Source: an uncultured Gammaproteobacteria bacterium (GTDB taxonomy: Bacteria > Patescibacteriota > Microgenomatia > UBA8517). From it: 55,904 nucleotides of DNA. The DNA is taken from positions 18,150 to 74,053 of the forward strand of contig CAZCXV010000004.1 of assembly GCA_964502815.1 (NCBI GenBank). The letters run 5' to 3'. Made by a program: the position numbers and the translations under genes. The notes under the pieces were generated by a model that did no database searches, was not told the origin of the DNA, and saw only the letters and a list, made by a program, of their open reading frames with translations. Positions 9,255-17,567 of this stretch are shown in pieces; position 1 is the stretch's first letter; each line of letters opens with the position of its first letter.

Positions 9255-9695
9255 ATGATTTTAAATACTTTAAACAAAGAGATAGTTGAAGCCATGAAGG
9301 CAAAAAACGCTTTGCGGGTTTCTACTCTAAAGCTTTTACTTAGTGAAATTAAAAATTACCAAATAGACCACCCACAGATGACTTTGGAAGAAGAACTTAC
9401 GGTTGTCAAAAAAGAAGCCAAAAAGAGAAAAGACGCTATTGTTGCCTACAAAAATGCCAATCGGCCAGAACTTGCAGACAAAGAAAGACAAGAACTAGAA
9501 ATTTTGCAAGTCTATTTACCTCTGGAAATGGGGGATGGAGAGCTTGAAAAATTAGTAGATCAAGCTTTGTCTGAGACTGGAGCATCCTCAATGACAGAGA
9601 TGGGTAAAGTAATTGGACTAGTGATGCAAAAGACAAAAGGCCAGGCTGATGGAGGAAAAGTAGCCAGTTTGGTTAAGCAAAAACTTTCTTCCTAA
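9255..9695 (+). CDS. GatB/YqeY domain protein
   Basis: LNKEIVEAMKAKNALRVSTLKLLLSEIKN is typical of YqeY. I chose the internal ATG at 9255, just after the HIT stop, over the track start at 9213. Confidence 0.8.
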   Translation: MILNTLNKEIVEAMKAKNALRVSTLKLLLSEIKNYQIDHPQMTLEEELTVVKKEAKKRKDAIVAYKNANRPELADKERQELEILQVYLPLEMGDGELEKLVDQALSETGASSMTEMGKVIGLVMQKTKGQADGGKVASLVKQKLSS

Positions 9696-9700
9696 GATCA

Positions 9701-10087
9701 ATGATTACAGTAACAGTCCACAACTTTGGCAAATATCCAGTTTCAGCTAAAAAAGTTAAGGAGATTGTCAAAAAGACACTTGTGAAAAATGGCATTTTAT
9801 CTGATTGCGAAGCCTCTGTAGCTTTGGTTTCAAAAGAGAAAATGCAGGAATATGTCGACCTGTATTACAAAGATGGTCAGGATCATCCCGTTCTTTCTTT
9901 TCCAACCACTGAGATTCCTTCCTCTTTTGTCATGCCGCCAGATGGTCTAATCCATCTAGGAGAAATAATTATTTCTTACCCTTGGAGTGTTAAAGAAGCT
10001 AATTTGACAGGTAAGTTGGTTGAGAAAATTGTTTTGGAGCTTGCAGAACATGGAGCACTACATTTAATTGGTATTCATCATAACTGA
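9701..10087 (+). CDS. ybeY: rRNA maturation endoribonuclease YbeY
   Basis: C-terminal HGALHLIGIHH matches the YbeY zinc-binding motif H-G-x-L-H-L-x-G-x-x-H. Confidence 0.85.
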   Translation: MITVTVHNFGKYPVSAKKVKEIVKKTLVKNGILSDCEASVALVSKEKMQEYVDLYYKDGQDHPVLSFPTTEIPSSFVMPPDGLIHLGEIIISYPWSVKEANLTGKLVEKIVLELAEHGALHLIGIHHN

Positions 10088-10143
10088 CTTTAAAATCAAG
10101 ACTTTAAAACTAACATAAAGTGGGGTAAAGTTGAACTTGACTA

Positions 10144-11613
10144 ATGACTCTTTACCTAAAGTATCGCCCGCAAACAATTTCCCAGCTCGATAGTGCCGTT
10201 GTCAGAGAACAACTGACCAACTTAATAAACTCACCTAGTCTTCCCCACGCCCTTTTATTCTCTGGTCCCAAGGGAACGGGTAAAACCTCAGCTGCCAGAA
10301 TTCTGGCCAAGATTGTTAACTGCGAGAAAAATGCCAAAAAGTTGGCTGAACCTTGTAATACATGCAGTTTTTGTATCTCTACTGCCAAAGGCAACAACTT
10401 TGATGTTATTGAGATGGATGCAGCTTCCAATAGGGGCATAGACGATATTAGATCTCTAAAAGAGAAAATCATTCTTTCTCCGGGAGCGGGGAGAAAGAAA
10501 ATCTATATCATTGACGAGGTTCATATGCTGACAACTGAAGCTTTTAATGCCCTCCTAAAGACTCTTGAAGAGCCTCCAGAACACGTAATTTTCATTTTGG
10601 CTACGACTGACCCACAGAAACTTCCTGCAACCGTTAGATCGAGACTGATAGGAATCACTTTTGAGAAAGCCAAAGAGAATGAAGTCGTCAGGCAACTAAC
10701 TAGAGTTGCCAAAAGTGAAAAATTGGATATCTCAGAAGAATCCTTGAAAGCAATTGCTAAGGCTTCAGATGGAGCTTTTAGGGATTCGGTAAAAACTTTA
10801 GAAGCCATTATTGCAAATCTCAAGAAGTTTGATCCACAAACTGTAAGTGACTATCTTTTTAAAACCAAACTTTTAAATCCCCAAGACTTACTAACGACAA
10901 TTTCTAAAAAAGACGTCAAAAAGGGCTTAACGGCGATTGAACAGTTTGCCAATCAAGGTGGATCTGTCACAAAACTGATTGATGACCTTACTGCACTTCT
11001 CCATGATTTTCTCTTGGAAAGTGTTGGTATAAGAACTGAAAATGAAACCAGTCCGTCAGTCAATTTGACCCAAACAGAAATTGACCAACTGACAAACTTA
11101 CTTCTGACTGCCAAAAGTGAAATGGCTTTTTCTACCATCTCTCAACTACCCTTGCAAATTGCAATTGTAAAGTTTTGTAAAAAGAAAAATGATGATCAAA
11201 ATACTGATGAGAATGACAACAAAAAAGAAATCAACAATGAAGTTATCCGAGAAAAAGCAAAAGCTCAAATTGAAGAAGCTGCAAATATTGACGCCAATAT
11301 TTGGCATAATATTTTAACTCAAATAAAAGGCAAAAGCCCTTCTGTGGAAGGATTTCTAAAGGCTGCAAAATTAATAAGTTGCAAAGAGGACAGGGTAACA
11401 ATTGGAGTTTATTATAGATTTCATAAAGAACAGTTGGAGTTGGCAAATAATAAGCGGATTTTACAAGACGCTTTGGGTACGGTTACGGGCAACCATTTAA
11501 AAGTTGAATTTGTTCTGGCCGAAAAGACTGCATCAGCCAGTCTCAAGCCAAGTTTGACTGCTACCGTGGGGGGCGATATACTTGAAGCTGCTAAGGAGAT
11601 ATTTGGTACATGA
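10144..11613 (+). CDS. dnaX: DNA polymerase III subunit gamma/tau
   Basis: YRPQT, GPKGTGKTS Walker A, DEVHML and SRL motifs. Confidence 0.9.
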   Translation: MTLYLKYRPQTISQLDSAVVREQLTNLINSPSLPHALLFSGPKGTGKTSAARILAKIVNCEKNAKKLAEPCNTCSFCISTAKGNNFDVIEMDAASNRGIDDIRSLKEKIILSPGAGRKKIYIIDEVHMLTTEAFNALLKTLEEPPEHVIFILATTDPQKLPATVRSRLIGITFEKAKENEVVRQLTRVAKSEKLDISEESLKAIAKASDGAFRDSVKTLEAIIANLKKFDPQTVSDYLFKTKLLNPQDLLTTISKKDVKKGLTAIEQFANQGGSVTKLIDDLTALLHDFLLESVGIRTENETSPSVNLTQTEIDQLTNLLLTAKSEMAFSTISQLPLQIAIVKFCKKKNDDQNTDENDNKKEINNEVIREKAKAQIEEAANIDANIWHNILTQIKGKSPSVEGFLKAAKLISCKEDRVTIGVYYRFHKEQLELANNKRILQDALGTVTGNHLKVEFVLAEKTASASLKPSLTATVGGDILEAAKEIFGT

Positions 11614-11668
11614 AGAGCAAATTGTAATTTGCTCCACATGATGCTATTTAGAGAGATTAAAAAGAATC

Positions 11669-11947
11669 ATGTTTGACAAATTGGGACAACTTAAGGATTT
11701 AGCCAAAATGAGAAGTGAAGCTCAAAAGCTTCAGAAGGAATTGGAGTTAATTACCTTGACTAACGACCATAAAGGTGTAAAGGTAAAGGTAACTGCTGCC
11801 AATAAAGTGGTTTATATTGAATCAAACGGTAAAAATGATGCCATGATAGCAGAAGCTGTAAATGAAGCCTTCAAAAAAGTCCAAAAGGAAGCCGCCAAGA
11901 AAATGATGGAAATGGGCGGAGGGCTTTCAGGACTTCTGGGCAGATAA
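11669..11947 (+). CDS. ybaB: nucleoid-associated protein YbaB/EbfC
   Basis: Size, MRSEAQKLQKEL pattern and the conserved dnaX-ybaB-recR order. Confidence 0.85.
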   Translation: MFDKLGQLKDLAKMRSEAQKLQKELELITLTNDHKGVKVKVTAANKVVYIESNGKNDAMIAEAVNEAFKKVQKEAAKKMMEMGGGLSGLLGR

Positions 11948-11995
11948 TCCCACAGCAATTGACTTCAAAACCAGCATGTATGTTATTCTTAAAAG

Positions 11996-13396
11996 ATGCT
12001 TGACCAGGGCAAAAAGATAAAACTAGTAATTTTAGGGGTAATCTTGTTGGCTTTTCCAGTGGTGATCTATTTAATGCCTCAGATTACCAATTTTATAAAT
12101 AAAGCCTCAGGAACCACTGCCAACTTAGTTGTGGATCCTTCGATTGAGTATGGCCAGAAAGATGGAGTCTGGAAATACTTAGCCCAAGGAGGGGAGGAAC
12201 AAGGAAGGAGCCTAGCACCGGTCATAAATGAAGTTAAAGCTCTTTCTCCAAGATTGATTAGAATTGATCACATCTATGATTTCCACAATGTTGTAGCCAG
12301 AGACGGCAGTGGCCAACTTACTTTTAATTGGACAAGTTTAGACGCTACAGTCAATGACATTTTGGCAACTGGAGCCAAACCTTTCTTTTCTCTTTCATAT
12401 ATGCCCACAACCATCTCTTCGGGCAAAGAAACAGATATTCCCAACAACTGGGGAGATTGGGAGTTGGTGGTTCAAAAAACAATTGAACATTATTCGGGCA
12501 GAGAAGGGATGAATATTTCTGGCGTGTACTATGAAGTTTGGAATGAGCCAGATTTATTTGGTGACTTTAAAATTTACGGCAAGAAAAACTATCTGGACTT
12601 ATATTTGCATTCAGCCCTTGGAGCGGGGAGGGCTAAAAATGTGCAGGTTTTTAAGTTTGGCGGACCTGCAACCACGGCATTGTATGAAAATTGGGTAACC
12701 AAGTTACTAGAGTTTGTGGATACTAACAATTTAAGGTTGGATTTTTACTCTTGGCACAAATACTCAACCAATATGGATGATATTGAAAGAGACCTGTATA
12801 ACGTTAGAAATTGGATGGCCAACTCAACTAGTCACCAAAATGCAGAACTTTTAATAACCGAGTTAGGACACAATCCTAAAATAGACAAAGGCTATGACAC
12901 TTATTTTAGCGCTATCCATACGTTGGCGACATCAGCTCTACTTGAAGACCAAATCGGCAAAGCCTTTAACTTTGAAATCAAAGATGGACCAGGACCAGAG
13001 AAATTCTGGGGCAGATGGGGAATTCTTACACACGAGAAATATGGAACCCCGGAAAAAAAGCCAAGGTATAATGCCTTTTTATTTTTAAATAGATTAACTG
13101 GCATGGGGATTAGCACCCAAGGTCAGGGAAGTTGGGTGAAAGCCTTTTCCAAGTATGACAAAGAGGCGGGAAAAATAAAAACTTTGGTAGTAAATTATGA
13201 CTCTAGTGGGTCACATTCTGAAGCTGTGCCAATAACCTACAACAATTTGCCGTTTAGTGAGTTTACTTTCAGAAGAACTGACTATTCAGGAAAAGTAAGA
13301 GACTTAAAAGTGGCAACCTCTTCAGCCACTTGGGTAACAACTGAACTAATGAATCCAAACTCGGCTGCCATTTTTGAAGTTGTTAAGCTACAATAA
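11996..13396 (+). CDS. membrane-anchored glycoside hydrolase, clan GH-A-like (GH39/GH5-like)
   Basis: N-terminal TM helix, YYEVWNEPD (acid/base NEP motif) and LLITELG (nucleophile-type motif). Confidence 0.55.
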   Translation: MLDQGKKIKLVILGVILLAFPVVIYLMPQITNFINKASGTTANLVVDPSIEYGQKDGVWKYLAQGGEEQGRSLAPVINEVKALSPRLIRIDHIYDFHNVVARDGSGQLTFNWTSLDATVNDILATGAKPFFSLSYMPTTISSGKETDIPNNWGDWELVVQKTIEHYSGREGMNISGVYYEVWNEPDLFGDFKIYGKKNYLDLYLHSALGAGRAKNVQVFKFGGPATTALYENWVTKLLEFVDTNNLRLDFYSWHKYSTNMDDIERDLYNVRNWMANSTSHQNAELLITELGHNPKIDKGYDTYFSAIHTLATSALLEDQIGKAFNFEIKDGPGPEKFWGRWGILTHEKYGTPEKKPRYNAFLFLNRLTGMGISTQGQGSWVKAFSKYDKEAGKIKTLVVNYDSSGSHSEAVPITYNNLPFSEFTFRRTDYSGKVRDLKVATSSATWVTTELMNPNSAAIFEVVKLQ

Positions 13397-13406
13397 AGAT
13401 CCATTT

Positions 13407-14012
13407 ATGAAAATTGCTAAGCCCTTACAAAAAGTTATTGACTCATTTGAAAAGCTGCCTGGAATTGGGCCAAAGTCAGCCCAAAGGCTGGCTTATTATC
13501 TCTTGCATGTCCCACAGTACGAACTCACTTTTATCGCCGAGTCAATTGAAAATTTGAAAAAGCAAACAGTTCTTTGCACTAATTGTAAAAATGTTTCAGA
13601 AACTGATCCTTGTGAGATATGTGACAATAACAAAAGAGAGAGGAAAACAATTCTGGTAATTGAAGAGCCTTTGGATATCTTAGCCTTTGAAAAAACCGGC
13701 AAGTATCAAGGTGTGTATTATGTTCTTCATGGCTCAATTAGTCCTTTGGACAACATTGGCCCTGATGAAATATATATAGAAGATTTGCTGAAGAGATTGG
13801 GTAGTGAAAAGGAAGTGGTAGAGATAATAATTGCCACCAATCCAACTATGGAAGGAGATGCAACGGCGATGTATATATCAAAAAAAGTAAAACAGGATTT
13901 TCCAAAAATCAAAGTTACTAGACTGGGGATGGGAATTCCAACCGGGGCGGATTTAGGCTATGCTGATGAAAATACCCTAAATCAAGCTCTTACCGGAAGA
14001 AGAGAAATGTAG
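13407..14012 (+). CDS. recR: recombination protein RecR
   Basis: LPGIGPKSAQRLAYYLL helix-hairpin-helix, C4 zinc finger CTNCKN...CEIC and Toprim segment. Start taken at the internal ATG at 13407. Confidence 0.9.
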   Translation: MKIAKPLQKVIDSFEKLPGIGPKSAQRLAYYLLHVPQYELTFIAESIENLKKQTVLCTNCKNVSETDPCEICDNNKRERKTILVIEEPLDILAFEKTGKYQGVYYVLHGSISPLDNIGPDEIYIEDLLKRLGSEKEVVEIIIATNPTMEGDATAMYISKKVKQDFPKIKVTRLGMGIPTGADLGYADENTLNQALTGRREM

Positions 14013-14025
14013 ATATATAAAATAT

Positions 14026-14502
14026 ATGCCCAATCCAATAGCTCAATCTGTAAAACAAACAACCAAAGATTTAGCCAAAAACTTTGCCAGGCAGGTTGCC
14101 AGGGAGCCGTTGGAGATTCTAAAAACTGCCACAGACCAAGTGAGAAATATTGAAACCAGGGGAGAAAGACCAGCAGATTCTGACCATTATAGGGAGACAA
14201 ACAAAAAACCTGACCTGCCAGATCCACAAAAGCTACAAGCTCAATCAAGAAGATTGATGCAGGCATTTGAACAAGAACTGGAAGATATTAGAAATTTGGA
14301 AGCACAAAAAAGAATGCAAGTTCTAAACCAAGAAGAAAAACAAGAAGAGTACAAAGAAGAAGAAAAGAAACAAGGATTTTTTTCTTCAGTTGTTGCCCAA
14401 GGAAAGAAAAGACGACAAATGTTTGGCCAAAAGGGCAAGAAAGGACCCAATCAACCAACCGGCACAACCAAAGCAGAAGTCAGAAAACCCCCAAGTGGAT
14501 GA
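14026..14502 (+). CDS. hypothetical highly charged protein (158 aa)
   Basis: ORF with low-complexity K/E/Q-rich sequence and no recognisable domain. Confidence 0.4.
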   Translation: MPNPIAQSVKQTTKDLAKNFARQVAREPLEILKTATDQVRNIETRGERPADSDHYRETNKKPDLPDPQKLQAQSRRLMQAFEQELEDIRNLEAQKRMQVLNQEEKQEEYKEEEKKQGFFSSVVAQGKKRRQMFGQKGKKGPNQPTGTTKAEVRKPPSG

Positions 14503-14520
14503 GATGTTATAATACCTATA

Positions 14521-15291
14521 ATGTCTGAAAGGGAGCCATATATTGGTGTTACTGGAGTCAAAACTGATTATGAGGCTTTAAGTTTGGTAAAAAGCTTCAA
14601 AGAGGCTGATATAAAGTCCATAGGTTATATTGGTATGATAGGTATACTCTCTTCTAGTAAACGCTTGCTTTCCGATTCCCATCTGGAAGATGTTGCCAGT
14701 ATAGCTTTAGCAAGCCAATCTTCAGATACCGTAAGTATTGTCCACTACTATACTCCAGATCCGGGAAATTTAGAAAAAGAAATGAACGAATTGATTGTTG
14801 GCGTTAGAAGAATTGATGAAAGCGCTTTAGATGGAGTCCAAATAAACATCCCATGGCCGGAACCAAAAGTGTTGTGTAGGCTAAAGAAAGCTTATAATCT
14901 TCAATTTGTTCTCCAAATGGGTCCTCGGGTATTAATAGATAATGCTTCGGAAAAAACATTACTTAAGCAAATACAAACCTACAGGGGCATAGTTGAATAT
15001 ATATTAATAGATCCATCTGGAGGACATGGGAAAAATTTGGATTTCACGACTGCCGAAAAGTTCTCCAGTTTGATAGAAGAGGCATTTGAGGGATGTTCGA
15101 ATCTACCAGTTGTTATCTTTTCTGGGGGATTGTCGGATGAGAATGTTTCAGCAAATATAGCTTGCCTTCAAAAGTTTGCACGCTGTTGTTTTGGAGTGGA
15201 TGCGCAAAAAAAGCTTATGGGTATAAATGGTTACTTAGATTTATCTAAGACAAGAAGATATATTTTCAATGCTTCAGAAACACTTGGATAG
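14521..15291 (+). CDS. TIM-barrel protein resembling phosphoribosylanthranilate isomerase (TrpF-like)
   Basis: The pattern IGVTGV...VQINIPW...LIDPSGGHGKNLDF...FSGGLSDENV...GVDAQ parallels the TrpF blocks (ICGIT, QLHG, LLD..GGTG..FDW, LAGGL..eNV, GVDVSSG). This rests on recollection, not a search. Confidence 0.45.
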   Translation: MSEREPYIGVTGVKTDYEALSLVKSFKEADIKSIGYIGMIGILSSSKRLLSDSHLEDVASIALASQSSDTVSIVHYYTPDPGNLEKEMNELIVGVRRIDESALDGVQINIPWPEPKVLCRLKKAYNLQFVLQMGPRVLIDNASEKTLLKQIQTYRGIVEYILIDPSGGHGKNLDFTTAEKFSSLIEEAFEGCSNLPVVIFSGGLSDENVSANIACLQKFARCCFGVDAQKKLMGINGYLDLSKTRRYIFNASETLG

Positions 15292-15304
15292 AATTGGTTG
15301 GGAC

Positions 15305-16636
15305 TTACTCTCGTTTATACCACTTTGTCAGTCGTTCTTGTATTAGACCGTTTACGTCTGTATATACCTTTCCTAAAGTAGACTTATAATTATGGTGCTT
15401 GACTTTAACAAGAGCTGTTGGTTTGGCAAATGTTCTTTTCAATTTGTCTAAAATTCTTTCGGGATCCAGTTCTACTATAAAGGCACTATTTGACTTTCCA
15501 TGCAATTTTTGTAAGGCAAAATTTGTCAGTTCCAGCGTTGTTCCAGTATTTGTGTTGTCATCAACAAGAACCACGTTCCTTTCACTAATAAGTTCTTTGT
15601 GGGGCAAAAGTATTGATAATACTTGTTCTGGGGTCATTGCCTCATAATTTTTACTGTGAACAGAGATTGGAGCAAAGATAAGACTTGGTTTGTTGGATGA
15701 ATAGTATGTCTCATATGCCATTTGCAAAACGACTGCGGCCTCTATTCCACCAGACTGGATCCCGATTATAGTCTCAGTGTCAGGATTTCTAAGCGCAGTT
15801 TCACTAGCACCAAGCATTATGCTCAAAGGATTTGTTGCTTCCGGTAGTATGAATCTATGTACTTCTCCAGGATCAATATTCTCATTCATGTACTGCAGTA
15901 ATTTGTTTGTTATATTTCTTAAATCTTGATTACCATTATCGAAGTTCATTCCCAGCATTGCTTGATAATACATTCTGGTAATTTGTATAGTTAGATCCTT
16001 AGATTGCGTCTTTGCTTCTAGGTAGCCTTCTGAAGTTTCCTGTTTTCCTTCCCTTTCTGGATATGTGATTGCATTGAAAATGCAAATGGAATGGGTTTTT
16101 AAAATATTTAAAATCCCAAGATATAAGGGCAAATCTTCAGAAGTCAAGTTTTTTCTGTCTATTTTGCTAATAGTTTCTAAGCCAACCATCAAGTCATTTT
16201 GCATAACCTTTATTTTATCTGTAACCCCCAGTTTCTGATCTACGGAACAGTATAAGTTAGGTCCGCCCAACTCTAATGCCTCTCCCTTTCTGTCGAAAAA
16301 CCTGCTTTCTGTATAGAAATCACCTAACGGCGAATCTGGCAATTTTCCACTTTGAAAAACAAAAGTTCCTAATTTTGGGTTTACAAGAGGGTATTGTTTT
16401 CGACCTTTTCTGCTAACTTGGCTTTTCTTACCTCTTTCATTAAAGTCGTGCAAGTCAAAATTGGCCAAAGATGGAAAAAGGATTTCTGTTGATCTACCTT
16501 TTCTCATGAGGTGTACTAGGGCAAGAAATTTGCGCTCATGCAAATTTAAGACCACCTCTGCTATGTCGCTTGCAATTTGCGGGTCGTGTACATCAACTTG
16601 ATATTTGAACTCGGTCTGTTCGGATATATTATCCAT
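15305..16636 (-). CDS. 443-aa protein with a C-terminal type I phosphoribosyltransferase domain
   Basis: PRPP-binding signature NVVLVDDNTNTGTTLE near the C-terminus. The N-terminal 300 aa or so are unassigned. Confidence 0.55.
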   Translation of the reverse strand: MDNISEQTEFKYQVDVHDPQIASDIAEVVLNLHERKFLALVHLMRKGRSTEILFPSLANFDLHDFNERGKKSQVSRKGRKQYPLVNPKLGTFVFQSGKLPDSPLGDFYTESRFFDRKGEALELGGPNLYCSVDQKLGVTDKIKVMQNDLMVGLETISKIDRKNLTSEDLPLYLGILNILKTHSICIFNAITYPEREGKQETSEGYLEAKTQSKDLTIQITRMYYQAMLGMNFDNGNQDLRNITNKLLQYMNENIDPGEVHRFILPEATNPLSIMLGASETALRNPDTETIIGIQSGGIEAAVVLQMAYETYYSSNKPSLIFAPISVHSKNYEAMTPEQVLSILLPHKELISERNVVLVDDNTNTGTTLELTNFALQKLHGKSNSAFIVELDPERILDKLKRTFAKPTALVKVKHHNYKSTLGKVYTDVNGLIQERLTKWYKRE

Positions 16637-16688
16637 ATTAATGTATATTATAGCTTGATAACGCCCATTTTTCCATAAGAATTGGGTA

Positions 16689-16718
16689 TTGACTTCAGCT
16701 ATGTCGAATTGCTAATCT
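16689..16718 (+). promoter_or_regulatory. sigma70-like promoter TTGACT-N18-TAATCT, 8 nt before a 14-codon leader ORF
   Basis: Hexamers read directly. Same short-leader geometry as the other promoters in the window. Confidence 0.4.
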
Positions 16719-16726
16719 ACATTCAG

Positions 16727-16821
16727 ATGAATGGTAAATTAACAGTTTCTTGTTGCAACTCCCAGGTGTAGTTTGGGAGTTTTTTCTTTTTTTTAGGACA
16801 ACTCCCGAAAGGGAGTTTTTT
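16727..16821 (+). promoter_or_regulatory. candidate leader-peptide attenuator: 14-codon ORF MNGKLTVSCCNSQV plus two tandem terminator hairpins with interchangeable arms
   Basis: Hairpin 1 is AACTCCCA (16757-64) with TGGGAGTT (16774-81), followed by a T run. Hairpin 2 is AACTCCC (16800-06), loop GAAA, GGGAGTT (16811-17), followed by TTTT. Arm 2 can pair with arm 3. Confidence 0.4.
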
Positions 16822-16839
16822 AATTCATAAAGATAGAAT

Positions 16840-17565
16840 ATGCAAAATTTTGAACAAATATTAAATAATACTAAGAGAAAAAATCTCATGGTTATTTTTC
16901 CACATCCTGATGATGAGACTTTCGCGTCTGGTGGACTACTTTTGGAGGCCAAAAAATATGGCTGGCAAACAATAGTTGTCATTTTGACAAAAGGTGGGGC
17001 AGGTAAGATCCACATAGACAGTCAAAGCAAAACTCTAGAGGAAATAAGGACTAATGAACTTGCAGAGGCTGTAAATATTTTAAAAGTTGACCATTTAGTT
17101 TTAGGAGACTTTCCTGATGGAGGTCTAAGAAAGAAAAATGCTAAATGGGTCTTATGGCTTTCAAGCCAGTTAGACAAATTTAAGCCTTCTTTAGTTGTCA
17201 CTTATGATAATGCAGGATTCACTGGACACCCTGACCATATTATTCTTTCTTTAGAAATAAAAAAGCTTTTAGAGAAAAGAGAGAATGTTGACCTGTATTG
17301 GGCGACTTCTCTTGAAGACAAATTCATAAAATTTGTTAATATAAGGCTGCTGAAAAATTTGGCTAAGACGACTCATGAACTCAATTTGGATCCAACACTG
17401 CTATTCAGTAAGTGGTTGGCAATTTTAAAGCACAAAAGTCAAGGATATGGCAAAAAATATGGCCTTCAGACTTTAGCCTATTTATTTAAAAATCATTTTG
17501 AGTGGTATCATAAGGTAGATCTGGATGTTGATTACGACTATAAATTTGTAAAGTTTGATATATAG
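16840..17565 (+). CDS. PIG-L/LmbE-family N-acetylglucosaminyl deacetylase
   Basis: FPHPDDETFASGG and GHPDH zinc-binding motifs. Confidence 0.8.
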   Translation: MQNFEQILNNTKRKNLMVIFPHPDDETFASGGLLLEAKKYGWQTIVVILTKGGAGKIHIDSQSKTLEEIRTNELAEAVNILKVDHLVLGDFPDGGLRKKNAKWVLWLSSQLDKFKPSLVVTYDNAGFTGHPDHIILSLEIKKLLEKRENVDLYWATSLEDKFIKFVNIRLLKNLAKTTHELNLDPTLLFSKWLAILKHKSQGYGKKYGLQTLAYLFKNHFEWYHKVDLDVDYDYKFVKFDI

Positions 17566-17567
17566 CT

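Noticed and set aside
16695-17015. 106-aa minus-strand ORF spanning the intergenic hairpins and the PIG-L gene start
   Set aside because: It overlaps the PIG-L N-terminus, which carries the conserved PDDE motif, and runs through the tandem terminator hairpins. It is unlikely to be coding.
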